Virus record (IMG/VR): IMGVR_UViG_3300021964_000086
Span: 1-55,302 of that record
Source of the DNA: a virus
Lineage: Duplodnaviria; Caudoviricetes
Direction: 5' to 3' (one strand)
DNA length: 55,302 bases
Part shown: positions 18,938-28,292 of the stretch, piece after piece
Layout: the number at the start of each line of letters is the position of its first letter
Numbering within the stretch: position 1 is the first letter of the stretch
Position numbers and translations under genes: made by a program
Notes under the pieces: model-generated
The model's input: only the letters and a program-made list of their open reading frames with translations
What the model was told of the DNA's origin: nothing
Databases searched by the model: none

Positions 18938-19943
18938 ATGAATATTCTTTTTTAGCTGCTTCGTCTATTTGTTGTAATATATCGTCTGTAAAATATTTTT
19001 CAGGATCAGAATAGATTGTTTTTGCATATTGTTTAGAGCCATCTGGCAATTCTATTCTTGTTGATACTTGTTTAAAGATACCATACTTACATGCTAAGTC
19101 TAGTAATCCATAGTATTTATCTAAACCTGTATCATAACGCAATCGAACATCAACCATCATATTTTCTTTTGATAATCTACTCTTTTGTGTTTTACAATGA
19201 ATAATATTACCAACAACCTCTGTGCCATCTTTTTCTTTTTTCTTAGAAAGATAAACAATTGTAGATGCGGCATACTTCAAACCAGAACCACCACCCATTT
19301 CTTTTGTAGGCATATAGGCACCCACAACATCATATGTGTGATTGGTAATAACCATTGGCACTTTTGCACGACCAAGTTTTAAAGTTAATACTCTAAACGC
19401 AGCCTTTAATACTTGTGCCCTCGTCATATCTCTCGTTTCTTTTCCGTCTGCTGTGTCTTCTACTTCTTTGGTTGTAGATAACATACCTAAACTATCTAGA
19501 ACTAATAACAATGGTTTTCTATCTGCTTCGTTTTGTTCCATGTATTTGTCTAACACAGTTAGGGATTGTGTTCTAAATTCTTGTACTGTGGTCACAGGCA
19601 TGATAACCATTCTTTCACTATCAATACCTCTATCTTCAATTAATTGTTTTGTTAATGCACTTTCACTTTCAAAATAGATAACACCTGCGTCTGGATTATT
19701 ATCTAAAAAAGATTTACACATACCCAAGACAAAGAAAGTTTTACCTGTTGCACTTTCACCTGCAAGAGCAGTAATCTTATTTGACGGTATGCCTCCATGA
19801 ATACTACCAGATAGTAGAGCATTAAACATATGAGAACCTGTGTTGATAAATGTATCGACATCACCTGCCTCTACACCCTCACTTACTAATGAGGCATATT
19901 CGTTTCCTGTTTCTTTAATTATCTGTTTCAGAAAGTCTGCCAT
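18918..19943 (-). CDS. uvsX: RecA-like recombinase
   Basis: [33 protein letters not shown]. Confidence 0.97.
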   Translation of the reverse strand: MADFLKQIIKETGNEYASLVSEGVEAGDVDTFINTGSHMFNALLSGSIHGGIPSNKITALAGESATGKTFFVLGMCKSFLDNNPDAGVIYFESESALTKQLIEDRGIDSERMVIMPVTTVQEFRTQSLTVLDKYMEQNEADRKPLLLVLDSLGMLSTTKEVEDTADGKETRDMTRAQVLKAAFRVLTLKLGRAKVPMVITNHTYDVVGAYMPTKEMGGGSGLKYAASTIVYLSKKKEKDGTEVVGNIIHCKTQKSRLSKENMMVDVRLRYDTGLDKYYGLLDLACKYGIFKQVSTRIELPDGSKQYAKTIYSDPEKYFTDDILQQIDEAAKKEYSYGNSEV

Positions 19944-20127
19944 TGTCGTTCTCCTTTTGTGTTTTTTGTATCATGTATTGTATTTTTTCATATAGTTTTC
20001 CAACAGTTGTACATTCTTCAATACGAATAACACCTCGTTGTAAAGATGCTTGTATTATCTTTATAATTGTGTTATAATCTGCTACTGTTAGATTTTGTTG
20101 TTCTAGTTTGTCCATAAGTTCTTTCAT
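19915..20127 (-). CDS. Small hypothetical protein (true start may be Met5 at 20115)
   Basis: ORF immediately behind a promoter; [22 protein letters not shown]. Confidence 0.6.
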   Translation of the reverse strand: MKELMDKLEQQNLTVADYNTIIKIIQASLQRGVIRIEECTTVGKLYEKIQYMIQKTQKENDNGRLSETDN

Positions 20128-20156
20128 ATTATATCAGGTCTCCTATAGTTTGTCAA
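20128..20156 (-). promoter_or_regulatory. Early promoter (CCTGA family)
   Basis: TTGACA-12nt-CCTGA-TATAAT. Confidence 0.8.
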
Positions 20157-21267
20157 GGACTTTTTCATATATAGAATCCGCTATTGCTTTCATCATTAAC
20201 GGTGGTACCATTCTACCTATTCGTTCTGCCCTCTGATTCCATTTACCAGTTAACTTAAAATCGTCTGGCAAAGACATTATTCTTTTCAATTCACCCAAAG
20301 TTAGTTTTCGTGGTTCGTTCCAATGAAACGCCCCAGCATTTGTTTGCCCATTGCCCATTGCTGTTAGTGTAGGTGCTGGTGCATGTTGTGATACTCGTTT
20401 TAAATTGAAGTGATGACCCTTTGGATGATAGTCACCACCAGTTAAAACTTTGTCTGGATCTTTAGGCATCTTACTACCTGTGTCTTTCCAGTATGCTGTA
20501 TTCACAAATTTTTCAGTTAGTTCTTTTACTTCTTCAGAATCATATTCTAATCCTGCTAATGCTTCTTTCAAAGGTATAATCTTATCACTTGGTTCTGGAA
20601 ATACATTTTGTATTGTCATGAAATTTAAACCAACCTTTTCTGTAATATCGTTTCTTATACCAATAAAGATAACTCTTGTTCTTGTTTGAGATACACCATA
20701 GTTCTTACTGTTCATTACTTGCGAACAGACATCATAACCTATCTTCTCAAACTCATTTAATATTTTATTGTAATATTCTTTTGCTTCACCAATCGTTAGA
20801 CCTGCAACATTTTCTGCAACAATGACTTTTGGTCTAATATCATTGGCTACTCGTAGAAACTCAAAGAATAAGTCTTCAATGTTTTCTACCATCATACCAT
20901 CAGAGTATGATTTAGTTTTACCCCAACCATCAGAATGTTTACCACCTGATGAATGAGATAGTTTGCCTGCAACACTAAATGCACTACATGGTGGCGAACC
21001 ATCTAATATATCTATATCAGTTGTTCCTGCAATATCTGTAAAATCTTTACCAGATAGTTTTTTTATATCACCTGGTAGTATTGGTGTGTCTGGATAATTT
21101 TCTCTATATGTATTCTGTGCTTCTTCAACAAATTCGTTAATACAAAGTATCTTACCACCTGCCAATCTATAACCAGTAGAAGAACCACCGCCACCAGCAA
21201 ATGTAGAGATAACATTAAATCTTTCTCTCTTGCTTGATTCTACAACATCTTTTAAATTATACATCAT
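20143..21267 (-). CDS. C5-cytosine methyltransferase-fold enzyme, probable DNA carboxymethyltransferase (paralog 1)
   Basis: FAGGGG, GSPPCSAFS, ENV, QTRTR; motif X reads ERIGRMVPP (Arg replaces the conserved Asn). Confidence 0.85.
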   Translation of the reverse strand: MMYNLKDVVESSKRERFNVISTFAGGGGSSTGYRLAGGKILCINEFVEEAQNTYRENYPDTPILPGDIKKLSGKDFTDIAGTTDIDILDGSPPCSAFSVAGKLSHSSGGKHSDGWGKTKSYSDGMMVENIEDLFFEFLRVANDIRPKVIVAENVAGLTIGEAKEYYNKILNEFEKIGYDVCSQVMNSKNYGVSQTRTRVIFIGIRNDITEKVGLNFMTIQNVFPEPSDKIIPLKEALAGLEYDSEEVKELTEKFVNTAYWKDTGSKMPKDPDKVLTGGDYHPKGHHFNLKRVSQHAPAPTLTAMGNGQTNAGAFHWNEPRKLTLGELKRIMSLPDDFKLTGKWNQRAERIGRMVPPLMMKAIADSIYEKVLDKL

Positions 21268-21656
21268 ACAAAAAAACCTTCTAAAGTAAGTTGTGTTTCT
21301 TTTTTTATTCCTTTTCGTTGTTCGTGTAATTCATGACCTTTATGCATTTCTTTATTTTCGTATGTTTCTATAACATGACAATTCTTACAAAGAACTTTAC
21401 ATTTTCGTATTTCGTCTTTCAATTCTTTCATTCTTTCTTTGTGTAATGTAGTTCCATATTTTGGTATTCTGCTTACTAACACACCCATACCACTACCAAC
21501 AGGTCCATTCTTATACATGTAGTAAGATTTTTGAGTAGGATCTATGTGTGCAAAATCTAGAGCAAGACCGTGTTTATTATAGCCACAAACAGAACAACCT
21601 TTTAAAGTTTTATAATGCCAAAGTTTTCTAGTAAGTCTTTTTCTATATTCCATCAT
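21264..21656 (-). CDS. HNH-type Zn-binding endonuclease
   Basis: CSVCG...LDFAHIDP...EIRKCKVLCKNCH. Confidence 0.8.
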   Translation of the reverse strand: MMEYRKRLTRKLWHYKTLKGCSVCGYNKHGLALDFAHIDPTQKSYYMYKNGPVGSGMGVLVSRIPKYGTTLHKERMKELKDEIRKCKVLCKNCHVIETYENKEMHKGHELHEQRKGIKKETQLTLEGFFV

Positions 21657-24124
21657 GCGAAAAAATCCTCTATTGTATTACTGTCAGAAGCGTCTATCTT
21701 CCAATTGATAGCGTCAAGTATAAATCGTAAAGGTTCCATAAATGATTTTGTAAACTGTTGTTCGTAATCTATGAGACCGTGCATTTCAAATTCTTTAGGT
21801 AATTTTGCCATAAAGGTAATGACATTGGCATTCCACATATTCTTTCGTAAATGTACAAACTTACCTTTATCACCTTCATAGAATTGTTGAAACTTATGTG
21901 AAACTTTTTTTGTTTTAAGTAAATGATTATATAACAATGCACCTTTCACATGCATTGGTGTGCCTTTCTTGTAGATAGATGTGCTGTCACCATATTTCTT
22001 TACACCATTCACACTACGAGGAAACGCAATGTCTTCTGGTGGCAATAGTTCAAACTCTCTACGAAAGTTTACAATAAACTCTTTCATTTCTTTTTGATCA
22101 CCACCCATAATAACTTTAAAACTTTCTTTGAGTTTATCTCTACATGGTAAAGGTGTTGATGTCTTTACTGCTTCAATGCCCATAATCTTTAGTTTTGGTT
22201 CTGGATATTGAACACCCTCTGAATTATGAACATTCAGAATATATCTTTTCTTCGCTGTCCAGATACCTTTGTCTGCAATTGCCTCTCGTTTCATAACCAT
22301 TTTGTGTTCGAATACATTCATATATTTAGCAAGTTCTTGATACGCCTTATCAATAAATGGTTCTAGTTTTTGAGCACAGAATTGATCTAATGCTTTTACA
22401 ATTTTTTTCTTATCAGTTGCACCAGACATTTTAACAAGTGGTGCCATGTTGATATAAACGGAATCTGTATCTGAAGCAATAATGTAATCTTCATTATCTG
22501 TTTTGTATAGTTTATTAAAATATTGATTTAGTTTTTTCTCTATCCAACGAATATTCAATTGACCAGAAGTTGTAATCGCCTCTGCCATTCTGTGATCGTA
22601 ATATCTAAAGTATTTGTTACCAATCGCACCATAGGCACTATTAAGAGAAATCTTTTTGGAATGTTGAACAAGATAATATCGTCTTGCTAGTTTTTCATAC
22701 TTAGGATCTTTTGTGTTAGCATATTGTTGTTCTGCCTCGAGCATTTTCTTTTTATAAACAGTTCTATCGTTATATTCTTTTTGTATGATACGAGGTAAGA
22801 AACCTTGTTTATCTGTTTTATACATTGTGCCATTAGCAGCCACACAATTACTATCAGAGGTATCTACTTCTTTATCTAACAAATCATTAATGTCAATATT
22901 CTTTTTGTCTGGTAAAATTGTTTCAGGTGAAATATTATATTGCATAATCAAATGCGGATATAGTGAATTCAAATCAAAAGACACAACCCAATCATGGAAA
23001 CCTACTTTAGGATCTTTTACATAAGCGCCAACCAATTCTGGTGAAGTAGGATTCATATCACGCATTGGCACAATGATATTATCTTTTAGTAGTTCATTGA
23101 ATATAATTGTATCCCACATTCTAACTTGTGAGAATACATCTTCATAGTTTGCCTTGGCGTTATATGACATTGTCAATGCCAATTCAATAAGTTGTAATCT
23201 GTCTTCTAGTTTATCAACAAGTTCAACATCTTGTATATTATAATCAATAAAAGATTGTATATCCTGTTGATACCATTCTTTGAAAGTATCATATGGATTA
23301 TCATCTTTTTGTTCGCCAAGTTCGACTTTACCAATATGATCTAGTCGATAACTTTCTTGATTCTTAATTGTAAATTTACGATAGAGTTGTAGGTAGTCAA
23401 GTTGAGCAATACCTAGTAATCTAAAATATGTTTGTGTTTTACCTTGTTCGTAAGTTTCATCTTGTTGTATAATATTCCAAGGCGACATGCGTTTCATAGA
23501 ACCTTCGCCTAGTATTTTGCCCATGCGTTTTACTAGATAAGGAATATCAAAGTATTTACTATTCCAACCAGTAAGAACATCTGGAGTATATGTTTGCCAA
23601 AATTTTAAAAACTGTTTAAGTAAATCTCGTTCATTTTCGCATTTTATATAATGGACATTTTTTTGTTTTATTGTATAGTCTGCCATACCCCAAACTAATA
23701 TTTGTTTTTTAACTTGATCTTTTACAGTAATACAGATCATCTTTTCAGCACAGTCTTCTACATTAGGAAAACCATGTTCACTTTCAACCTCAATATCAAT
23801 TGTGTAAATACGAATTTTATCTTTATCGTATTCTACATTACCTGGCCAATAGTCTGCCATGTATTGATATTGAAATCTATCTGTGCCGTGAATGAAGTTT
23901 GGATGTTCTTCGTATCGTTTGATTGCCTGTCTGGCTTCTTTGATTGATTTATATGATTTAGATTCTAGACCAATGCCTGTTAAAGATTTATAACGACCTT
24001 TACCTTTTGTAGGTATGTAAAGGCGAGGAACATAAGGAACACGATCCTCGCATCTTTTACCATTGTCGATATATCTAACAAGTAACTCATCGCCATAAGG
24101 CGACACATTGGTGTAAAAATTCAT
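21653..24124 (-). CDS. gp43: Family B DNA polymerase
   Basis: DIEVES exo I, GWNSKYFD, YNIQDV, SFDLNSLYPH, KISLNSAYGA, ASDTDS, KKRY, C-terminal TIEDFF. Confidence 0.98.
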   Translation of the reverse strand: MNFYTNVSPYGDELLVRYIDNGKRCEDRVPYVPRLYIPTKGKGRYKSLTGIGLESKSYKSIKEARQAIKRYEEHPNFIHGTDRFQYQYMADYWPGNVEYDKDKIRIYTIDIEVESEHGFPNVEDCAEKMICITVKDQVKKQILVWGMADYTIKQKNVHYIKCENERDLLKQFLKFWQTYTPDVLTGWNSKYFDIPYLVKRMGKILGEGSMKRMSPWNIIQQDETYEQGKTQTYFRLLGIAQLDYLQLYRKFTIKNQESYRLDHIGKVELGEQKDDNPYDTFKEWYQQDIQSFIDYNIQDVELVDKLEDRLQLIELALTMSYNAKANYEDVFSQVRMWDTIIFNELLKDNIIVPMRDMNPTSPELVGAYVKDPKVGFHDWVVSFDLNSLYPHLIMQYNISPETILPDKKNIDINDLLDKEVDTSDSNCVAANGTMYKTDKQGFLPRIIQKEYNDRTVYKKKMLEAEQQYANTKDPKYEKLARRYYLVQHSKKISLNSAYGAIGNKYFRYYDHRMAEAITTSGQLNIRWIEKKLNQYFNKLYKTDNEDYIIASDTDSVYINMAPLVKMSGATDKKKIVKALDQFCAQKLEPFIDKAYQELAKYMNVFEHKMVMKREAIADKGIWTAKKRYILNVHNSEGVQYPEPKLKIMGIEAVKTSTPLPCRDKLKESFKVIMGGDQKEMKEFIVNFRREFELLPPEDIAFPRSVNGVKKYGDSTSIYKKGTPMHVKGALLYNHLLKTKKVSHKFQQFYEGDKGKFVHLRKNMWNANVITFMAKLPKEFEMHGLIDYEQQFTKSFMEPLRFILDAINWKIDASDSNTIEDFFA

Positions 24125-24130
24125 AATATA

Positions 24131-24159
24131 ATTATATCAGGTTTTGACAATAAAGTCAA
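24131..24159 (-). promoter_or_regulatory. Early promoter of gp43 (leaderless)
   Basis: TTGACT-12nt-CCTGA-TATAAT-6nt-ATG. Confidence 0.82.
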
Positions 24160-24399
24160 TTAAATTGTAGTGTCTTTGAAATATTTTTCTAGAATTTCTA
24201 GTTGGTCATCATATTGAGCAATGATGTTTAATTCTTTTTCTATCGTTTCAAGAATATCACCATGTTCACCTATACCAACAGATTGATTAAGATAGATATC
24301 CACATTTGCTTTGTGTTTTTCTATATGACCTTTGGCATGTGCCACTAAGGCATCATACATTATCTTTTTCATCGCCATTCTCGTTTCCTTTCTTTCCAA
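24160..24399 (-). CDS. Conserved small hypothetical protein
   Basis: HAKGHIEKHKANVDIYL..SVGIGEHGDI.E.IEKEL; start may be a downstream Met. Confidence 0.7.
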   Translation of the reverse strand: MERKETRMAMKKIMYDALVAHAKGHIEKHKANVDIYLNQSVGIGEHGDILETIEKELNIIAQYDDQLEILEKYFKDTTI

Positions 24400-24784
24400 T
24401 ATTATATTTTGGTTCTAATACCCATTCATGTTTTTCTTTGAAGGGTAAAACTTTGATTTGTGATAGGGGTGCTTTACTTTCCACAATCCCTACCAATTCT
24501 ATCAAACCCCAATCGCTTAATAGTTGTGCAATTGTATTTCGTCTCTCAATATCGTTAACAAAAATATTTGCGGTCTTGCCATCTAAAGCAAACAGTTCTT
24601 TAAAGTGTACAATAAAGTATCTACCTTGTTTGTGTAGTATGTGACACGATTGATAAATCTTTCGTTCTTTTCTACTTGCTACACCTATTCTGGTTAGTGT
24701 CTCTCTAATTTTAAGGAAATCATCTGGCTCTTTTATCTTTACTTCGAGCATACTGTCTGGTTTCCATTCTATAACTTCACTCAT
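24353..24784 (-). CDS. regA: Translational repressor RegA
   Basis: PDDFLKIRETLTRIGVAS...QSCHILHKQGRYFIVHFKELFALDG. Confidence 0.97.
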   Translation of the reverse strand: MSEVIEWKPDSMLEVKIKEPDDFLKIRETLTRIGVASRKERKIYQSCHILHKQGRYFIVHFKELFALDGKTANIFVNDIERRNTIAQLLSDWGLIELVGIVESKAPLSQIKVLPFKEKHEWVLEPKYNIGKKGNENGDEKDNV

Positions 24785-25173
24785 TTTCTCCCACCTTTAT
24801 ATAATCTCTCTTTTATATAATCAATCTGTTTTTTAGTCATTAAAGATAAAGCCTCTTGTGCCTTCTTATTAGAATAACCAAAGTGTTGTTTTACAACATC
24901 TAGGTCTTTTATCTTTGAAGACTTTAACCATTTACTAAATCTTTTTCTAGACTTTATACTATTTAGATAAAATGAGAATTGCATATGCTTCGTAGCATGA
25001 TGTAACCTATTCATTTCGTTAGCATACATGATTGTATCGGAGAAATAAGACAAACCTTTATTAATTATAAAAGGTGGATACTTTTTTTCCCAATCTCTAT
25101 CATCAGTATCAAGTAGTTTTTCTTTACTGTAATTGATTGCTGTGAGATACTTTGTTAGGCTGTAGTCACTCAT
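24781..25173 (-). CDS. gp62: Clamp loader small subunit
   Basis: YPPFIINKGLS..ANEMN..KRFSKW; synteny. Confidence 0.93.
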   Translation of the reverse strand: MSDYSLTKYLTAINYSKEKLLDTDDRDWEKKYPPFIINKGLSYFSDTIMYANEMNRLHHATKHMQFSFYLNSIKSRKRFSKWLKSSKIKDLDVVKQHFGYSNKKAQEALSLMTKKQIDYIKERLYKGGRK

Positions 25174-26114
25174 TTGAATTTACATTCGGTCATTATCTCG
25201 GTGAGACAAGCAACCATGTTTAATTCAGGATCTGCTACAAAGGCATTCTTATATTGATACTCTGCCAGAAGAATAACCATAGGTGGAATACTTTGTGGTT
25301 GTAATTCTGTATAAAAGTTTTGATATAAGTCTTTGTATAAACCAGCAGGGTCTTGGTCAATGTGATCTACAACCCATTTTCTCATATCACCAAAGTGTCT
25401 ATCTTTTAATGCCTTGTTTAAAGACTTGATATTTGCTTCAGCAATATTAACAAGAATACCTGTATCTATTTTACCTGATACAGAATATCTTTGTAGTTCA
25501 TTGATAGTTCGTCTAAAGTCTGGATAAAACTTAATAATAAGTTCTGCCAATACCTTTGGTTCAAACTCAATGTTCTCTTGTTCTAAGATTGTGGATAATC
25601 GTTTGTGAAATAAACCTGCTAGTTTTTCTTTATCTTTTTTCTGAATAGAAAAATTAATTACAGTACATCTAGAATGGATTGCAGGTATAATTTTATTCTT
25701 ATAATTACATGTAAAAATAAATCTACAATTATTACTAAATGTTTCTATAAAGTTTCTTAGGGCAGGTTGAACACTCTCAGCATTCATGTAATCTGCTTCG
25801 TCAACAATAACCACTTTAGGTTTACCTGTCTCATGTAGAGACACAGTTGAAGCAAAGTTTTTGATTTGATTTCTAACGACATCAATGGAACGACCTTCGT
25901 CAGAACCATTGATCATCATTACATCACAACCAAGTTCATTACATAATGCTTTGGCAACAGTAGTTTTACCAGTGCCGGCAGTACCAGATAATAATAGATT
26001 TGGTATTTCTCCTTGTTTGAGTATGGACTTAAAAGTCTTTTTTATCTCAACAGGTAGAATACACTCGTCAATTGTGGAGGGTCTATAAGCCTCCACCCAT
26101 AATAAATTTTCCAT
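25170..26114 (-). CDS. gp44: Clamp loader large subunit
   Basis: LWVEAYRP, GTAGTGKTT, IVDEAD, HSRC, PDFRR. Confidence 0.96.
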   Translation of the reverse strand: MENLLWVEAYRPSTIDECILPVEIKKTFKSILKQGEIPNLLLSGTAGTGKTTVAKALCNELGCDVMMINGSDEGRSIDVVRNQIKNFASTVSLHETGKPKVVIVDEADYMNAESVQPALRNFIETFSNNCRFIFTCNYKNKIIPAIHSRCTVINFSIQKKDKEKLAGLFHKRLSTILEQENIEFEPKVLAELIIKFYPDFRRTINELQRYSVSGKIDTGILVNIAEANIKSLNKALKDRHFGDMRKWVVDHIDQDPAGLYKDLYQNFYTELQPQSIPPMVILLAEYQYKNAFVADPELNMVACLTEIMTECKFK

Positions 26115-26116
26115 TA

Positions 26117-26785
26117 TTACCCCTCATACTTAGATGTATTTTCTAGGGCAATCCAATATTCTACTGATTTATTTTTGTGTTTGAAATTAGAAATAAGTTT
26201 AGATGATATTGCCACAGTATAATCGCCTGGTAACATTTTAAAATGTTCTGTCTTAAAATGAAATTCAAACTTTTTATCTGTCGTGCCTACTTTAACATCA
26301 TAGGTATTGGCAGTATCGTTTTTCTTATCAACGGCAGACATAATGATATCTTCACCCACAGATTTGACAGCAATGTCTGGTAGTTGTAACATAGACGCAG
26401 CCTTTTTAACTTTTGTTAAATCAGTTTCTGTCAATGTAAATTCAACCTCAGTTGCAGGCATCTTAACATCTTTTTGGGGAGTTGTAAGAATAGATTCATC
26501 AGCAAAGAAGTATTTTGATTTTGTTGATGTGCCTTCTTCGTTGATTGTCATGTGTTTTTCATCAAAAGAAAACACAGGTTTATTGAATAAAGATAACATA
26601 CCTAAAAACTCTGATAGATCGTAGATAGCAATATCTTGTGGAAATTCTTCTTCGACACCAGCAGTTGCGAGTATGTTCTTCATTGTAGAGATAGTTTTAA
26701 TTTCTTTACCTGAAGTAATCTTTAAGTTAGGATTAATCTCACTAAAGTTTTTTAGTATCTCTTTTGTATTATCACTCAGTTTCAT
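26117..26785 (-). CDS. gp45: Sliding clamp
   Basis: MKLSDNTKEILKNFSEIN...IYDLSEFL...LPGDY...YWIALE. Confidence 0.95.
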   Translation of the reverse strand: MKLSDNTKEILKNFSEINPNLKITSGKEIKTISTMKNILATAGVEEEFPQDIAIYDLSEFLGMLSLFNKPVFSFDEKHMTINEEGTSTKSKYFFADESILTTPQKDVKMPATEVEFTLTETDLTKVKKAASMLQLPDIAVKSVGEDIIMSAVDKKNDTANTYDVKVGTTDKKFEFHFKTEHFKMLPGDYTVAISSKLISNFKHKNKSVEYWIALENTSKYEG

Positions 26786-26800
26786 TATATAGTTCTCCTG

Positions 26801-27103
26801 TTAGTTGTTTCTAAATTTTTCACTAGCGACAGAACCAAGTGGTGGTTCTTGGTAGTGATCTTGGGACAATTGTATAATAGCATAATGAATAACTTTCATA
26901 AGGTCTTTCTTATTCTTGCCATCCTTTTTGCCATATCGTTGAGCATATTTTAAAATATTACCCATACAGAAACCTTCACCATGTCCCTGGTCAATGATGA
27001 TTTCAGTAGCTTGTTTTTGAGATTGTGCGTAATGAGACGAATAGGTTCCGTCTATGTAATCTTTTATATCTTGTAAAATTATATCTTCTTTAAATTTATA
27101 CAT
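26801..27103 (-). CDS. DUF3310-like small protein
   Basis: HY...GFCMGNILKYAQRYGKKDG...DLMKVIHY. Confidence 0.8.
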   Translation of the reverse strand: MYKFKEDIILQDIKDYIDGTYSSHYAQSQKQATEIIIDQGHGEGFCMGNILKYAQRYGKKDGKNKKDLMKVIHYAIIQLSQDHYQEPPLGSVASEKFRNN

Positions 27104-27109
27104 GTGTCC

Positions 27110-27138
27110 ATTATATCAGGTTTCAATTCAAAAGTCAA
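27110..27138 (-). promoter_or_regulatory. Early promoter of the gp45-44-62-regA operon (leaderless first gene)
   Basis: TTGACT-12nt-CCTGA-TATAAT-6nt-ATG. Confidence 0.82.
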
Positions 27139-27160
27139 GGGCGGAGTGGTTACCGCCCTT
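27137..27160 (-). terminator. Hairpin after hsp20
   Basis: AAGGGCGG-TAACCACT-CCGCCCTT followed by GACTTTTG. Confidence 0.6.
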
Positions 27161-27167
27161 ATCTATT

Positions 27168-27587
27168 TTATGCAATATCAATTGTTCTTGGTTTTTTAGC
27201 TTCTGGAACTATTTTTTCCAATGCGATTGATAACATACCATCTTTCATTTCAGCGCCTCTAACTTCTACATCATCAGCGGTTGTGAATGATCTTGTAAAA
27301 TGTCTTTTGGCAATACCTCTATGAATTGTATCTTTATCTTCCTCATCTTTGTGAGTTGATTTAATTGTGATAGTATTGTCGGCATATTTCACCTCAATAT
27401 CATTTTTATTATAACCAGCAAGTGCCATTTCAATTGTCCAATTGAGATCGTCTTTACCTTTCACGATATTGTATGGTGGGAATGAATTTGATCTATTATC
27501 TACATAATGATCAAACTGTGAGAACAGATCATCAAATCCAATTGTAAATGGTCTGAGATCGTTCCAAATAGATAAGTTTCTTGTCAT
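27168..27587 (-). CDS. hsp20: Small heat-shock protein Hsp20 (IbpA-like)
   Basis: IGFD, FPPYNI, IEMALAGY, HRGIAKRHFTRSF, DGMLSI.LEKIVPE. Confidence 0.96.
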   Translation of the reverse strand: MTRNLSIWNDLRPFTIGFDDLFSQFDHYVDNRSNSFPPYNIVKGKDDLNWTIEMALAGYNKNDIEVKYADNTITIKSTHKDEEDKDTIHRGIAKRHFTRSFTTADDVEVRGAEMKDGMLSIALEKIVPEAKKPRTIDIA

Positions 27588-27650
27588 AGTTTCCTCCTTG
27601 TTAGCAAGTTAACTTAATGTTAAAATTGAGACCCTTACGGCGTCTCATTA

Positions 27651-27683
27651 TATTTATATAGTTATTAATCATAAAATTTCAAG
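27651..27683 (-). promoter_or_regulatory. Overlapping RpoH-like promoter and T4 late promoter of hsp20
   Basis: CTTGAA-16nt-CTATAT overlapping TATAAATA (27651-27658). Confidence 0.6.
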
Positions 27684-27792
27684 TGGTAGTTTTTTCTAGG
27701 ATTCACTATCCAGAGGGAAACTACCAAACCCGAAATGTGTTGTCTTTACGAGAGGCAACACTCATAGAGGACTTACGAACCGCCTCTATGAC
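27684..27792 (-). ncRNA. Candidate structured RNA (three consecutive hairpins)
   Basis: Stems 27762-27791, 27737-27761 and 27684-27726 directly downstream of a late-promoter-like CATAAATA (27793-27800); no ORF. Confidence 0.45.
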
Positions 27793-27801
27793 TATTTATG
27801 C

Positions 27802-28056
27802 TTATGCATAAACTGATGGTTCTAAAGCGGCAAAACCAGCAGCGATTAGCGCTTTAGATGGAGTACCTATTCTGTAATAAGTACCTGATTTGTTTTTGTT
27901 GATATAGACACAATGGCCTTCCTCACGGATTTTATCAACAACCGCTCTAGGCTTAGAGAGGTTAAATTTAGTCTGTGCTTCTTTCCAAGTCACAGACTGG
28001 CCTCTTAACAAAGCGTTAAGAAACTTAGTGCTATTAGCAAGAGTTTTTCTACCCAT
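27802..28056 (-). CDS. Winged-helix DNA-binding protein
   Basis: Start MGRKTL with SD GAAAGG; VTWKEAQTKFNLSKPRAVVDKIREEGHCVYIN...YRIGTPS. Confidence 0.7.
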   Translation of the reverse strand: MGRKTLANSTKFLNALLRGQSVTWKEAQTKFNLSKPRAVVDKIREEGHCVYINKNKSGTYYRIGTPSKALIAAGFAALEPSVYA

Positions 28057-28081
28057 AATATAAGGTCCTTTCTTTATTTGG

Positions 28082-28291
28082 TTAGTTGTCATCAAGTCGC
28101 TCTTGTAGGCGTCTTAATTTGTTTACACGCTTGATTGATTCTTTTTTCAAGCGTTGTCTTTTTAACGAAGGCTTTTCATAATATTGCCTTTGTTTTAATT
28201 CTTTTAACAAGCCATCTTTCATAACTTTCTTTTTTAATTGTCTCATGGCTTTATCTACATTGTTGTTTCTAACTTTAACTTCCAATACCAT
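28082..28291 (-). CDS. rpsU: Ribosomal protein bS21
   Basis: VRNNNVDKAMRQLKKKV..DGLLKELKQRQYYEKPS..R. Confidence 0.93.
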   Translation of the reverse strand: MVLEVKVRNNNVDKAMRQLKKKVMKDGLLKELKQRQYYEKPSLKRQRLKKESIKRVNKLRRLQERLDDN

Positions 28292-28292
28292 T

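Noticed and set aside
24144-24159. Palindrome TTGAC-N6-GTCAA as an FNR/FixK box or plus-strand promoter
   Set aside because: The spacing differs from FNR (N4), there is no good plus-strand -10, and one half is simply the gp43 -35.
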